DNA of 64,000 bases from an uncultured Acidobacteriota bacterium (GCA_963723535.1 CAVRRE010000015.1:105445-169444); one strand, 5' to 3'; counted from the stretch's first letter, positions 1 to 11,592 are shown. The notes: generated by a model from the letters alone, not told the origin. Numbers and translations are program-made.

Positions 1-2666
1 AGGCCCCCGCCGCGATGAGCGCGTCGAGGGTGCGCTTGTTCACGAGCCGCGAATCCAGGCGCTCGGTGAAATCGGAGAACGAGGCGAACGGGCTCTTTCC
101 CCGCTCCTCGAGGATGGCCCGGGCCGCCGCCTCCCCTACGCCCTTGATGGCGGCGAGGCCGAAGCGGATGGCCGGGCCGGCAGCCGAGAAGCTCTCTCCG
201 GACTCGTTGATGTCGGGAGGCAGGACCGCGATCCCGGACTCCTGGCAGTCGCCGAGGACCTTGACGATGCCGTCGGTCGATCCGATCTCGGCCGAGAGGT
301 TGGCCGCGAAGAAGTCGATCGGATAGTGCGCCTTCAGGTATGCCGTCTTGTAGGCCACGAGGGCGTACGCGACCGCGTGGGACTTGTTGAATCCGTAGCG
401 GGCGAACGGCTCGATCAGCGACCACAGCTCCTGCGCCTTCTTCTTCGGCGTGCCGTGCTCCACCGACTTGCGGATGAACTTCTCCGCTTCGGCCTGCATG
501 ATCTCGCGCTTCTTCTTGCCGATGGCCTTGCGCAGGAGGTCCGCCTCGGCGAGCGAATAGCCGGCGACGACCTGGGCGATCCGCATGACCTGCTCCTGGT
601 ACACCAGGATGCCGAGGGTCTCGGTGAGGATCGGCTCGAGCTCGGGAAGCGGGTACGTCACGCGGGTGCCGCCCCGCCGCCGCACGTAGTCCTCGACGGT
701 GCCCGCGTCGAGCGCGCCCGGGCGGTAGAGGGCGTTCAGGGCGGCAAGGTCGAGGAAGACGCGCGGCTTCGCCCGGCGGAGGAGATCGCGCATGCCGCTC
801 GAGTCGAACTGGAAGACGCAGGCGGTCTTTCCGGAACGGAAGAGCTCGTAGGTCGGCTCGTCGTCGAGAGGCAGGTGGTCGAGGTCGATCGTCACTCCGA
901 GGCGCTCCCGTACGGCGGCCGACGGTCGCCTCGAGCACGTCGAGCGTGATGAGGCCGAGGAAATCGATCTTCAGCAGCCCCATCTTCTCGACGGCGTTCA
1001 TGTCGAACTGCGTCGTGATTTCGTCCTTGTTCGTCCGGTAGAGCGGAAGGAAGTCGGTGATGGGCCGGGGGGCGATCACCACCCCGGCGGCATGCATCCC
1101 GGCGTGCCGGGAGAGACCCTCGAGCCGCTCGGCGATACGGACCACCTTCGCGATCGACTCGTCGGCGGCCATGGCCTCCTTCAGCCCCGGCGAATCCCGG
1201 AAGGCCCGCTCGAAGTTCACGTCCGGCCCGTCGGGCACGAGCTTCGCGATCCGGTCGCCGAGCGCCACGGGAAGCGACAGCACGCGCGCGACGTCCCGGA
1301 CGGCGAGCTTGGGCTTCAGCTGCGAAAAGGTCACGATCTGGGCGACGTTCTCCCGGCCGTAGCGCTTGGTGACGTACTCGATGACCTCGCCTCTTCGCGC
1401 CTGGCAGAAGTCGATGTCGATGTCCGGCATCGAGATGCGCTCGGGGTTGAGAAAGCGCTCGAAGAGCAGGTCGTAGCGAAGGGGATCGATGTCCGTGATG
1501 CGGAGGGCCCAGGAGACGATCGAGCCCGCGGCGCTTCCCCGGCCCGGGCCGACGGCGATGCCTTTCTCCCGCGCGTGCCGGATGAAGTCCGAGACGATCA
1601 GAAAGTACGAGGGGAACCCCATCTTCTCGATGACGCCCATCTCGTATTCGAGCCGTTCGCGGTACTTCTCGGGAGCGCTCCGCTCGGTTTCGGGCATCTG
1701 CGCGACGTCCTCGGCCAGGCGGCGGTCGAGGCCGGCGCGGGCGAGGTCGCGGAAGTAGTCCACGGGCGGCCGCCCATCGGGAGCGGTGAACGTCGGCAGA
1801 TGCAGCCCGTCGGTATCGAACGAGACCGCGCAGCGCTCGGCGATCGCCACGGTGTTGGTGACCGCCTCGGCGCTCCAGGAGCGGAAGCGCGCCTTCATCT
1901 CATCCGGATCCTTGACGTAGAACTCGTCGTTGTAGAAGCGCATCCGCCGCTCGTCCTCGAGCGTCTTGCCCATGCCGATGCAGAGCAGCACCTCGTGCGG
2001 GAACGCGTCGTCCCGCCGCAGGTAGTGGCTGTCGTTCGTCGCCACGGCCGGCGCTCCCGTTTCCGTGGCGAGACGGAGGAGGTCGGGAACGATGGCCGTC
2101 TGCTGAGGAAGGCCGTGATCCATGATCTCGACGTAGAAGTTGCCCTTGCCGAAAATCTCCTCGTACTCGAGAAAGGCCTTCTTGGCCGCGGCGAAATTGC
2201 CCCGGGACAGCGAGCCCGCCACCTCGCCCTTGAGGCAGCCGGAGAGGCCGATGAGCCCCTCGGCATGCTCCCGCAGCAGCTCCTTGTCCATCCGCGGCCG
2301 GTGATAGAAGCCCGACAGGTAGGCCTCGGAGACGAGACGAACCAGGTTGCGGTAGCCCTTCTGCGTCGCCGCGAGAATGGTCAGGTGGTAGGCGTAGCCC
2401 TCGCCCGATTCGCTCGCGGCCTTCTCCTCGCGGTCCCTCCGGTTTCCGGGCGCGATGTAGGCCTCGACGCCGATGATCGGCCGCACGCCGTTCTGAAGAG
2501 CCTCGTGGAAGAAGTGGAACGCCCCGAACATGTTGCCGTGATCGGTGACCGCCACCGCCGGCATGCCGAGCTCGGCGACCCGTTTGCAGAGCTCGGGCAG
2601 TCGGTTGGCGCCGTCGAGGAGGGAGTACTGACTGTGGAGATGGAGGTGGACGAAGTCGCCGGGCAT
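1..2666 (-). CDS. dnaE: DNA polymerase III alpha subunit (partial; N-terminal PHP domain through the polymerase core, runs off the window edge)
   Basis: Reverse-complement translation from complement(2664..2666) gives MPGDFVHLHLHSQYSLLDGANRLPEL..., the PHP-domain N-terminus of DnaE. Downstream motifs ITDFLPLYRTNKDEITTQFDMNAVEKMGLLKIDFLGL and GVTIDLDHLPLDDEPTYELF were read. At least one +1 indel near 930 breaks the frame (LEATV|GRR versus expected AVRERLGVT). Confidence 0.85.
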   Translation of the reverse strand, partial: MPGDFVHLHLHSQYSLLDGANRLPELCKRVAELGMPAVAVTDHGNMFGAFHFFHEALQNGVRPIIGVEAYIAPGNRRDREEKAASESGEGYAYHLTILAATQKGYRNLVRLVSEAYLSGFYHRPRMDKELLREHAEGLIGLSGCLKGEVAGSLSRGNFAAAKKAFLEYEEIFGKGNFYVEIMDHGLPQQTAIVPDLLRLATETGAPAVATNDSHYLRRDDAFPHEVLLCIGMGKTLEDERRMRFYNDEFYVKDPDEMKARFRSWSAEAVTNTVAIAERCAVSFDTDGLHLPTFTAPDGRPPVDYFRDLARAGLDRRLAEDVAQMPETERSAPEKYRERLEYEMGVIEKMGFPSYFLIVSDFIRHAREKGIAVGPGRGSAAGSIVSWALRITDIDPLRYDLLFERFLNPERISMPDIDIDFCQARRGEVIEYVTKRYGRENVAQIVTFSQLKPKLAVRDVARVLSLPVALGDRIAKLVPDGPDVNFERAFRDSPGLKEAMAADESIAKVVRIAERLEGLSRHAGMHAAGVVIAPRPITDFLPLYRTNKDEITTQFDMNAVEKMGLLKIDFLGLITLDVLEATVGRRTGAPRSDDRPRPPASRRRADLRALPFRKDRLRLPVRLERHARSPPPGEAARLPRPCRPERPLPPGRARRGHRRGLRAAAGRHPRDVPASRARADPHRDPRHPGVPGAGHADRPGRRRLFARRGGPPAQGHRQEEARDHAGRSGEVHPQVGGARHAEEEGAGAVVADRAVRPLRIQQVPRGRVRPRGLQDGIPEGALSDRLLRGQPLGRDRIDRRHRQGPRRLPGVRDRGPASRHQRVRRELLGCRPGHPLRPRRHQGRRGGGGPGHPRGAGKEPVRLVLRFHRAPGFAAREQAHPRRAHRGGG

Positions 2667-2770
2667 CGAGCTTCGATCATACGCGATCGGAGAAAACATC
2701 CGACGGCGCGATATCTTCTGCGCGGAACTCCGGAGGAAACGATGATCTCGCGGAACTCGTAGGCGGCGCC

Positions 2771-4094
2771 GTGGCGTTTCGCCGGGCCCTCGGAACCTTC
2801 GACGCGACGATGCTCGTCGTCGGAGGGATCATCGGCGCGGGCATCTTCGTCAACGCGTACCTGGTCGCCCAGCGGCTCCCCTCCGACGGCCCCATCCTCG
2901 GGATCTGGATCGTGGGCGGAATCATCGCGCTGGCCGGTGCCCTGGCCTTCGCCGAGCTCGCGGCGCTCTACCCGCGCGCCGGGGGCGAGTACGTGTACCT
3001 GCGGGAGGCCTACCACCCGCTCGTGGCGTTTCTCTTCGGCTGGGCCTCGCTTCTCATGATCCAGGGAGGAGGCATCGCCGCGGTCTCGATCGCCTTCTCG
3101 GAGCACGCCCTGCGCTTCGCCGGAGCTCCGCAAGCCAACCCGACTCCGCTGGCGATCGCCGCGATCACGGTCACCGCTCTCGTCAACGTCGTCGGCGTGA
3201 AACCCGGAAGCCGGCTGCTCAACGGGCTCGTTCTCGTCAAGATCCTCTCACTCGCCGCCCTGATCGTCGGCGGCCTCTGGCTCGCCCCGCGACTCCCGGC
3301 GCCTCCCGTTCTCGCGCCCGTGGAGCGCCCTGCCGCCACCGTCCTCGCCTTCGCCGCCGCGCTCGTCCCCATCCTCTTCACCTACGGAGGCTGGCAGAGC
3401 GCGAACACCGTGGCGGAAGAGATGCGATCCCGGAGCGCGCCCTGCCTCGCGCGCTCGTCGCGGGCACCCTCCTCGTCATCGTCATCTACGTGGCGGTGAA
3501 CGTCGTCTACCTTTTGACGCTGACACGCGACGGCGTGGCAGCGACGGTCACGCCCGCGGCCGCCACCGTCCGCCGCCTGTTCGGCCCCCAGGGGGACGCC
3601 TGGATCACCGCCGCGATCGCGGTCTCGGCCTTCGGATTTCTCGATCTGTCCTTTCTGGGTCCCACGCGCATCTCCTACGCGATGGCCCGGGACGGCGTGT
3701 TCTTCCGAAGCCTCGGCGAGCTCCACCCCCGCTTCGGCACGCCGCACCGGGCGATCCTGCTCCAGGCGCTCTGGTCGATCGTTCTCGTCCTCACCGGAAC
3801 CTACGGCGGCCTGGTCGACTCGGTGGTCTTCGCGGACTGGATCTTCTTCGGCCTGACGGTCGTCGCGGTGATCCCGCTCCGGCGCCGCATCCTCCGGCGG
3901 CGCGCCCGCCGGGCTCCTTCCTCTCGCCGGGCGCTCCCTGGATCCCGATTCTCTTCGCCGGCGCCGCCGTGTTCGCCGTCATCGGCGCCGCGCGTTCCAA
4001 CCCGATCCGCTCGGGGATCGGTCTTCTCATGATGCTGGCGGGCGTCCCGATCTACTACGCGTGGCTCGGCGCCGCGAAACGGAGGGCGACATGA
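2771..4094 (+). CDS. APC-family amino acid permease, with two apparent frameshifts
   Basis: 12-TM-like hydrophobic protein MAFRRALGTFDATMLVVGGIIGAGIFVN...FTYGGWQSANTVAEEM, continuing after a shift near 3428 as PERALPRALVAGTLLVIVIYVAVNVVYLL. A second shift near 3900 gives the true C-terminus ...WIPILFAGAAVFAVIGAARSNPIRSGIGLLMMLAGVPIYYAWLGAAKRRAT*. The stop overlaps the next gene's start (ATGA). Confidence 0.75.
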
Positions 4095-5181
4095 GCGGAT
4101 CCCGCGCTCCCTACATGGAGTGGGCCAAGACGCGGCCCAAGGCCGAGATCGATCTGGCCGGCTCGAACCTCCTCCCCTGCACGCTCGAGGATCTGCCGGG
4201 CGCGCGGGAGGCCGTCGACATCGCAGGCGAGAGCCCGGACGGCTACTGGCCGCTCGTCGAAGCGATCGCCCGGCACCACGGCGTCTCGGCCGACCGGGTC
4301 GCGACCGCCGGCGGCTGCTCCGGCGCGAGCTTCCTCACGTGCGCCGCGATTCTTTCGCCGGGCGACCACGTCCTCGTCGAGGTGCCGGGATACGACCCGC
4401 TGCCGGCCGCCGCCGCGCTCCTCGGCGCGCGGGTGAGCCTTTTCGAGAGACGCTTCGAGGACGGCTACGCCCTCGACCCGGACGCCATCGCCGCCGCGCT
4501 CACGCCGGCCACGCGGCTGGTCATGCTTTCGAACCCTCACAATCCCAGCGGAGCCGTCGCATCGCCCGAGAGCCTCGCCCGCCTCGCCAATCTCGCCGAG
4601 GCCCTCGGCTTCCACGTCCTCGTGGACGAGGTGTACCGGGACACGGTGCTCGAGGACCGGCCGGAGCCGGCGGCGCTTCGCTCCGACCATCTCATCTCGA
4701 CGTCCAGCCTCACGAAAGCCTACGGACTCGCGTCGCTCCGGTGCGGCTGGGCGATCGCGAGCCCGGAGCTCGCCAACGCGATCCGTCGCGCCCGGGACGT
4801 CGTCGACGTCTGGAGCCCGATGCCCGCGGACCGCATCTCGGTCGTCGCCTTCCGGCACATCGAGCAGCTTGCCGCGCGGGCGCGAACCGTCATCGAGGCG
4901 AACCGCGCGGCCGTCGCCCGGTTCCTCGAGGGACAGCCCGCGCTGCGCGCGGTGCCGTCTCGTTCGACTCTCGTCTTCCCCGGCTCCAAGGGACCGACGA
5001 CGCCGGGCCCTTCGTCGAGAGGCTCTTCCGCGACACCGGGACGGCCGTGGCGCCGGGCCGCTTCTTCGGGGCTCCGGCGCACTTCCGCGTTGCCTTCGGC
5101 GGCGACCCGGCGGCTCTCCGCCGCGGTCTCGCGTCGATCGAGCGCTTCCTGGCCGCCCTCGGAGCCCCCGGCTCCCCTTGA
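4091..5181 (+). CDS. PLP-dependent aminotransferase (class I/II fold), frameshifted near 4975
   Basis: MSGSRAPYMEWAKTRPKAEIDLAGSNLLP...LSNPHNPSGAVASPESL...STSSLTKAYGLASLRCGWAI are typical aminotransferase motifs. The C-terminal tail ...RLQGTDDAGPFVERLFRDTGTAVAPGRFFGAPAHFRVAFGGDPAALRRGLASIERFL lies in another frame. Confidence 0.7.
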
Positions 5182-5257
5182 CAAAGGGTTTCGGCGGGCC
5201 ATACGTTTCCGAGCCTCAGTCCGTTCCTCCGAACGGCTGACCGCAAAGGAGGGCCCC

Positions 5258-5467
5258 ATGCCCGACACCCCCAAGGTCCCGCAGGGAGGGACGCCGACGC
5301 CGGACTACACGCAGTGGCACGAGGTCAAGAAGGGCGAGACGCTATCCAAGATCGCCCGGCACTACTACGGAGACGCGAGCCTCTACCCCAAGATTTTCGA
5401 GGCGAACCAGGACGTCCTCAAGGACCCGGACAAGATTCAGATCGGTCAGAGGCTGCGGATCCCGTAG
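5258..5467 (+). CDS. LysM domain protein (small, peptidoglycan-binding)
   Basis: AAGGAGG RBS 8 nt upstream of the ATG. MPDTPKVPQGGTPTPDYTQWHEVKKGETLSKIARHYYGDASLYPKIFEANQDVLKDPDKIQIGQRLRIP is a canonical LysM motif. Confidence 0.75.
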   Translation: MPDTPKVPQGGTPTPDYTQWHEVKKGETLSKIARHYYGDASLYPKIFEANQDVLKDPDKIQIGQRLRIP

Positions 5468-5470
5468 ACC

Positions 5471-5695
5471 GTGCCGGGCGCCCTCACGAACGTCTTTCAG
5501 CGCCTCGGACTGCGGTTCCCGACGCTCTTTGTCATTCTGCTGACGGTCACCCTGGCGGATCTCGCGGTCCCGGATATCATCCCCTTCGTCGACGAGATCG
5601 TCCTCGCCGCGCTGACCGCAATTTTCGGGCTCTGGCGGGAGCGACGCGCGCCGCCCGGACCCGTTCGAGATTCGGACCCAACGCGCGCCGCATGA
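5471..5695 (+). CDS. small hypothetical membrane protein
   Basis: GTG start directly after the LysM stop. Hydrophobic core LRFPTLFVILLTVTLADLAVPDIIPFVDEIVLAALTAIFGLW. Confidence 0.35.
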   Translation: MPGALTNVFQRLGLRFPTLFVILLTVTLADLAVPDIIPFVDEIVLAALTAIFGLWRERRAPPGPVRDSDPTRAA

Positions 5696-5739
5696 AGAGG
5701 CGAGAGCAAGAGAGCAACGAGAGGAATAGAGGAGGAGAC

Positions 5740-6440
5740 ATGCTGAAACAGTCCTGGAAATACTTCGCGGCGGTGGCCTGCGCCCTGGCGATCGGCTGCA
5801 GCAGCGGGAAGGCGCCGGCCGAGGCCGCGCTGAAGCTCGCCGAGGAAGCCGTCAACAGCGCCCGCACCGAGGCGGAAAACCTGGTTCCGGACGACTTCCG
5901 GTCCCTCTCCGACGATCTGGCCGCCGCCAAGGACGCCTTCGCCAAGGGCGACTACAAGGGGGCGCTCGCCTCCGCGCAGTCGATCCAGCAGAAGGCCAAC
6001 GACGTGACGGCCAAGGCGAAGGCCAAGAAGGACGAGTACACGGCCGCTGGAGTGCGCTCGAAGCCGACGTGCCCAAGGCCGTGGAGGCCGTCAAGAGCCG
6101 CGTCGATATCCTTTCCCAATCGAAGCGGCTTCCCAAGGGAATGGATGCCGCGAAGCTCGACGCTGCCAAGAACGATCTGGCAACCGCCACGTCCAGCTGG
6201 GCGGAGGCGCAGGCCGCCAAGGCCGCGGGAAAGTGGAACGAAGCGATCGACAAGGCCAACAGGCGAAAGACAAGGCGATGGCGGCGATGGGAAGCCTCGG
6301 CATGCAGGCCGGCGCGCTCGGACTTCGCCAGCCGAGTCGGATTCGAGGGCCCGCGAAAGCGGGCCCTTTCCTTGTTGCGATCAGTCCAGAAGCCGTTCGA
6401 AAAGTTAAAGCGGCTCAGGATGACAATTCGCAGGCCTTAC
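5740..6440 (+). CDS. lipoprotein (Ala/Lys-rich, coiled-coil-like), two apparent frameshifts; 3' end uncertain
   Basis: MLKQSWKYFAAVACALAIGCSSGK has a lipobox (AIGC). The sequence continues through shifts near 6050 and 6260: ...KAKAKKDEYTAA|..PKAVEAVKSRVDILSQSKRLPKGMDAAKLDAAKNDLATATSSWAEAQAAKAAGKWNEAIDKAN|QAKDKAMAAMGSLGMQAGA. Convergent with guaA. Confidence 0.45.
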
Positions 6441-6451
6441 GGCTTCTCGCG

Positions 6452-7993
6452 TCACTCCCACTCGATCGTCGCCGGCGGCTTCGACGTGATGTCGTAGACG
6501 ACCCGGTTGACGCCCCGGACGCTCCCGACCACGCGGCTGGCGATGGCGTCGAGCACCTCGTGGGGCATCCGGAACCAGTCGGCGGTCATGAAGTCCGTGG
6601 TCTGCACGGCCCGGACCGCGAGCACCGCCTCGTGCGTGCGGCCGTCGCCCATGACGCCGACCGACTTGACCGGCAGGAGCACCGCGAACGCCTGCGAGAT
6701 CGCGTCGTAGAGGCCGGCGCGGCGGATCTCCTCGAGAACGATCTCGTCGGCCTTCTGCAGGATCGCGACCTTCTCCCGCGTGACCTCGCCGGGGATCCGG
6801 ACGGCCAGGCCCGGGCCCGGGAACGGATGCCGCGCGAGGAACTCCCGCGGCAGCCCGAGCTCCGCGCCGAGCAGGCGGACTTCGTCCTTGAAGAGCTCGC
6901 GTACGGGCTCGATGAGCTCGAATCCCAGCCGCTCCGGCAGCCCCCCGACGTTGTGGTGCGTCTTGATCACCGCCGAGGGCCCCTTGATCGAGACCGACTC
7001 GATGACGTCCGGGTAGAGCGTGCCCTGCGCGAGGTATCGGGCGTCCGGGATCGCTGCGGGCCTCCTGTCTCGAAGACCTCGATGAAGGTCCGGCCGATGA
7101 TCTTGCGCTTCTCCTCCGGATCGGTGACGCCCGCGAGCCGCGACAGGAAGAGATCGCCGGCGTCGACGGCGTGCACCTGGATTCCCAGGTGGCGCGAAGG
7201 CCTCGACGACCTGGTGCCGCTCGTGGGCGCGCATCAGCCCGTGATCCACGAGGATCGGATGGACGCGCTCCCCGAGCGCCTCGCGCAGGAGGATCGCCGT
7301 GACCGAGGAATCCACGCCTCCCGACAGCGCGCAGATGACCGAGCCGGAGGGCGCCTGCCGGCGGATCGCGGCGACTTTCTCCTGGCGGAATCCGGCCATC
7401 GTCCAATCCGGCTGGACCCTGCAGATGCGGAAGAGGAAGTTCTGGAGGATCTCCGTGCCATGGACCGTGTGGCGCACCTCGGGGTGAAACTGGATGGCCC
7501 AGACCCGGCGCTCGGTGTTCTCGAAGCCGGCGAGAGGCGTCGTCGGCGTCGACGCGATGACGCGGAAGCCCGCGGGAGGCGCGACGACCGAGTCCCCGTG
7601 GTTCATCCAGACCGTCTGCTCCGGCTCGAGGCCGGCGAAGAGATCCGAGTCCGCGGCGAGGCGGGCGACGGCGCGGCCGTACTCCCGGCCCTCGTTGGCC
7701 ACCTCTCCCCCGGCCGCCTGCGCGAGCCACTGCATGCCGTAGCAGAGCCCGAGCACGGGGACGCCGAAGCTGGTCGGATCGACGGACGGGCGGGGCGAGC
7801 CGGCCTCGTAGACGCTTTGTGGTCCACCCGAGAGGATCACCCCGGCCGGGTTCCACCGGCGGATCTCCTCGGCCGGCGCCCCCGGAGGCAGGACGACGGA
7901 GAAGACGCGCGCATCGCGGATCCGCCGTGCGATGAGCTGCGTGTACTGGCCGCCGAAATCCAGGATGACGATCGCGCGCTGCGGGCTGCTCAT
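6452..7993 (-). CDS. guaA: GMP synthase (glutamine-hydrolysing), intact
   Basis: [44 protein letters not shown]...[12 protein letters not shown]...TIEWE*. GATase domain followed by the ATP-PPase SGGVDS motif. Single continuous frame of 514 aa. Confidence 0.93.
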   Translation of the reverse strand: MSSPQRAIVILDFGGQYTQLIARRIRDARVFSVVLPPGAPAEEIRRWNPAGVILSGGPQSVYEAGSPRPSVDPTSFGVPVLGLCYGMQWLAQAAGGEVANEGREYGRAVARLAADSDLFAGLEPEQTVWMNHGDSVVAPPAGFRVIASTPTTPLAGFENTERRVWAIQFHPEVRHTVHGTEILQNFLFRICRVQPDWTMAGFRQEKVAAIRRQAPSGSVICALSGGVDSSVTAILLREALGERVHPILVDHGLMRAHERHQVVEAFAPPGNPGARRRRRRSLPVAARGRHRSGGEAQDHRPDLHRGLRDRRPAAIPDARYLAQGTLYPDVIESVSIKGPSAVIKTHHNVGGLPERLGFELIEPVRELFKDEVRLLGAELGLPREFLARHPFPGPGLAVRIPGEVTREKVAILQKADEIVLEEIRRAGLYDAISQAFAVLLPVKSVGVMGDGRTHEAVLAVRAVQTTDFMTADWFRMPHEVLDAIASRVVGSVRGVNRVVYDITSKPPATIEWE

Positions 7994-8499
7994 GCCGCCC
8001 CGACCTTCTGGATCAGGGCACGGGCCCGGCCAGGGCCGCCGCCGGAAGGGCCGCGAGCGGCCGCGCCCACAAACGGCGCCAGGGCCGCCGACAGCGGGGC
8101 CACGAGAGCGCCGGGGGCCTGGCGAAGCGCGACTCTCTCGCCGACCCACATCGCGACAACGCTGCAGAGCAGGAACAGGACCGGGTAGGTGCTGGCGAAG
8201 GCGCGGCCGTAGCTTCCCGGCCGGCGAGCCTTTCGCGGCCCGAAGAGCGCGCGCTCGCCGAGGGCGATCGCCAGCAGAAACAGGAGCGTCACGAGGTAGG
8301 CCGGGAGGAAGAAAACGAGCGCCTGGCCGAGGAACCGGGCCTCGGGCGAGGTGGCGAAGGCGCCATCGCCGGCCCACTCCTGGAAGAACGGATAGGCCGC
8401 ATAGCCCGGGTCGCGGCGCCCGTGGGTCAGCAGGAAGAGCAGGACGCCGAGGAGAAACGCGGATGGCAAGAGCAGAGCCGCCTGGCGCAGAAACCTCAC
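7990..8499 (-). CDS. hypothetical integral membrane protein
   Basis: GTG-start ORF VRFLRQAALLLPSAFLLGVLLFLLTHGRRDPGYAAYPFFQEW...LLFLLAIALGERALF...VLFLLCSVVAMWVGE. Its stop overlaps the guaA start. Confidence 0.4.
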   Translation of the reverse strand: MRFLRQAALLLPSAFLLGVLLFLLTHGRRDPGYAAYPFFQEWAGDGAFATSPEARFLGQALVFFLPAYLVTLLFLLAIALGERALFGPRKARRPGSYGRAFASTYPVLFLLCSVVAMWVGERVALRQAPGALVAPLSAALAPFVGAAARGPSGGGPGRARALIQKVGAA

Positions 8500-8545
8500 G
8501 TCCCGTCCGATTGTAGTCGATCTCGTTCGAAGGCCCCTCGGTAGA

Positions 8546-10451
8546 ATGCGCGGCACGGTGCGTCTCCGAAAATCCACGCGCATCTGGATCGCGGTCTTCC
8601 TCGTCGCGGCGGCCGGCGGCGCCCTCATCGATCGACTCTCGTCCGAGGCGCGGCTGCGTCGTCTCGATTCTGCTGTGCATCGCCCTGGTGGCGCTCCTGG
8701 TGCTCCTCGTCCGGGGTACGGCGGCGCTCTTCCGACTGATCGTCCGCCGCACCGCCCTGCGGCTCGCGTTCTCGTACTTCCTGATCGGTGTCGTGCCCAT
8801 TCCGCTGGTCGCGGCGCTCCTCTTTCTCGCGTCCTACATCGTCGCCCACCAGTACATGGCCAACCGCATCCGCCGCGAGGTCACGGCCGTCGGCGAGGCC
8901 GCGGTGTCGAGCCGCTCGGATCTTCCCCGGGCCTCGGCGCAGGGCGGCCGCGTGGAGGCCTCGACTGTGGCCTGGCTGAAGCCCGGCGCTTCCGCGCCCT
9001 GGATCGAGGCCCTCTCGCGGCCCGGGTTCCTCGTGGCCGACGAGAGGCTCTGGCTCGTCGCTCCCGACCGGCGCACCGGAGCTCCTCCGGGGAGCGGCGC
9101 CGTGCGGTTTCTCGACCTCTCCGATCCCGCCTCCCCCTGGCTCCAGCAGGTCGCGGACCGTACGGGCTACGTCATCGGCGCCGAGGCGAGCGAGGCCTCC
9201 GAGGAGACTCGCGGGGTCACGATCAGCTCGGAAACCCCCGAGAAGCCGGGCCCGAAGATCCTCGAACCGCCCGAGCGGCGGCCCGCCGCAGCGCCGGCAC
9301 CCGGGACCGGGCTGATGCAGAGCGAGTGGATCCACGCCTTCTATCTCGAGACGGTGCTCGACGCCCCGGCCGGGCCGAAATCCGACGTCGCGGTGCTGAC
9401 CGGGACGGCCTCGCCGCGCCTGCTCGTCGACCAGCTCTTCGCGCAGGGCGTCAAGGAGGTCGGCCGAATTTTCTGGATCGCCTTCGTGTCGGTCGCGGGC
9501 GTGCTCCTGATCGTCTACTTCGCGGCCCTCGTGATCGCGTTCGTTCTCGTCGGGTCGCTCGTGCGCAACGTCAACCGGCTGACCCGGGCCACGCAGGCCG
9601 TCGCTCGCGGCGACTTCTCGGTGCGCATCCAGTCCCGCTCCCGCGACCAGGTCGGCGACCTCACGCGTTCCTTCGACGGGATGGCCGAGTCCATCCAGAA
9701 GCTCCTGGTCGAGACCGCCGAGAAGCAGCGGATCCAGAGCGAGCTCCAAATCGCCCGCACGATCCAGCACAAGCTGCTGCCGCCCGCGGAAGCGTCGCGG
9801 CCCGGGTTCTCCGTGCTCGCGCACTTCGAGCCCGTCGCCGAGATCGGGGGCGACTACTACGACTACATCGAGATGCCGGACGGCCGGACGGCCATCGCTC
9901 TCGGCGACGTCTCCGGGCACGGGCTGCCCACCGGTCTCCTTGTGGCCATGGCGAAGGCCGCGCTCGCGACCCTGCTCGAGGCCGGCCATTCCGGCGCCGA
10001 GCTCTTCGGCCGGCTCAACGACCTCATTCACCGCTCGACCGAGACGCGCCACTACATGACCCTGGTCCTGCTCGCCTACGACCCCCGGACCCGGCGCGGC
10101 CTGCTGACGAACGCCGGCCAGCTCGCGCCTTACCGGATCTCGGGAGGCCGCGTCGAGGCCCTCTCGCTTCCGGGCCTGCCCCTCGGCCTCTTCCCCGACC
10201 GCTCCTTTCCGGAGGAGGAGTACACGTTCGGCTCCGGCGACATGGTCGTCTTTCTGACCGACGGCTTCGTCGAGGCGGTCGACGCCAACGATGAGGCGTT
10301 CGGTTTCGAGCGGCTCGAATCTCTGCTCGCGGCGCATGCGGCAGGCGGCGCGCCGGAGGTCCGCGACGCGCTCCTTGCGGCCGTCAACGCCCACACCGGA
10401 GGTCGCGCGGCGGACGACGACCGCACCCTCCTCATCCTGACGCTCGGGTAG
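8546..10451 (+). CDS. HAMP-domain membrane sensor fused to a PP2C-type (SpoIIE/RsbU-like) serine phosphatase; one frameshift near 8650
   Basis: N-terminal TM segments MRGTVRLRKSTRIWIAVFLVAAAGG..|..LLCIALVALLVLL, a second TM, then HAMP (NVNRLTRATQAVARGDFSVRIQSRSRDQVGDLTRSFDGMAESIQKL). PP2C motifs follow: EIGGDYYDYIEMPDGRTAIALGDVSGHGLPTGLLVAMAK ... VVFLTDGFVEA. Confidence 0.8.
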
Positions 10452-10524
10452 TCCGGCCCGGGAAAGCACCGACTCGTCCCCAACCCGAGCCGGGACGGCG
10501 TGCCTCGTCCACAATCCACGCGCC

Positions 10525-11592
10525 ATGAAACAACTCGTCCTGGCCCTGCTCCTCTCGCTCCCCGCGGCGACACCGCTCCTCGCCGATTCGACGGCCACGA
10601 AGACGCGCACCGTCACCCGCCTGGCCGACGGCGTCTGGACGATCCGCCACCCCGATGCGCCCGACACGTTTCCGCAGAGCAACACGCTGGTGATCGTCGG
10701 CGATCACGGTGTGCTCGTCGTGGATTCGTGCCTTCTCCCGTCTTCAGCCCGGGAAGACATCGCCCAGATCCGGCAGTGGACAAGCAAACCGGTGACCTAC
10801 CTCGTCAACACGCACTGGCATTTCGACCATACGCTCGGCAACGCCGCGTATCTCGAGGCGTATCCGGCGATCCAGATCGTCGCCACGCGGCACACGCAGA
10901 AGACGATCGCCGACTGGAACCCCGGCGCCGTCGCCCGGTATCCCGCTCGCGGCGACCGCTTCCGCAAGATTCTCGAGTCCGGCAAAAATCCCGACGGGCG
11001 TCCTCTGACCGAGGGCGAGCGGAAGGACTACGAACGCTCCATCGCCGGCCTGGCTCCGGTCGTCGCCGAGATGAAGAACGTGGTCCAGGTCGTGCCCAAC
11101 GTGGCCTTCGATCGCGAGCTCCGGGTGGACCTGGGCGGACGGGCGGTCGAGATCCGCTTCCTCGGCCGCGGCAACACCGGCGGCGACACCATCGTGTACC
11201 TCCCGAAGGAGAAGATCCTCGCGACGGGCGACCTGCTGGTGCATCCCGTGCCTTATCTCTTCGGGGGCTTCCCCCTCGACCATCCCCGCACCCTCCGCGC
11301 GATGGCCGAGCTCGACGCGACGACGATCGTGCCCGGCCACGGCGAGATCCTGCGGGACAAGAGCTACATCGTCCAGGTGGCCGAGTTCCTCGAAGCGTCG
11401 AATGCGGCGATGGAGGCCGAGGTGAACTCGGGGAAGACCCTCGAGGAGGTGCAGGCGTCGTTTCCCAAGACATTCGATGTCGCGACGTGGCGCACGAAGT
11501 TCGCCGGGACCAGCCTCGAGGACGCCGAGTTCTTCGACGGCACGTTCGACGGTCTCATCAAGGCCTCCTACAACCAGATCAAGGCCCGATAG
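10525..11592 (+). CDS. MBL-fold metallo-hydrolase with signal peptide, intact
   Basis: MKQLVLALLLSLPAATPLLA signal peptide. Metal-binding motifs HWHFDHTLGN and D...H (ATGDLLVHPVP...GHGE) are typical of the metallo-beta-lactamase superfamily. Confidence 0.8.
   Translation: MKQLVLALLLSLPAATPLLADSTATKTRTVTRLADGVWTIRHPDAPDTFPQSNTLVIVGDHGVLVVDSCLLPSSAREDIAQIRQWTSKPVTYLVNTHWHFDHTLGNAAYLEAYPAIQIVATRHTQKTIADWNPGAVARYPARGDRFRKILESGKNPDGRPLTEGERKDYERSIAGLAPVVAEMKNVVQVVPNVAFDRELRVDLGGRAVEIRFLGRGNTGGDTIVYLPKEKILATGDLLVHPVPYLFGGFPLDHPRTLRAMAELDATTIVPGHGEILRDKSYIVQVAEFLEASNAAMEAEVNSGKTLEEVQASFPKTFDVATWRTKFAGTSLEDAEFFDGTFDGLIKASYNQIKAR

Noticed and set aside
1092-2762. 556-aa plus-strand ORF overlapping dnaE
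   Set aside because: It is the antisense of dnaE. The composition is R/G/A/D-rich with no motif, and the minus strand carries a clearly recognisable DnaE PHP-domain sequence.
6233-8188. 651-aa plus-strand ORF spanning the lipoprotein C-terminus and all of guaA antisense
   Set aside because: Only its first ~60 codons correspond to the tail of the lipoprotein gene after a frameshift. The rest is the antisense of intact guaA.
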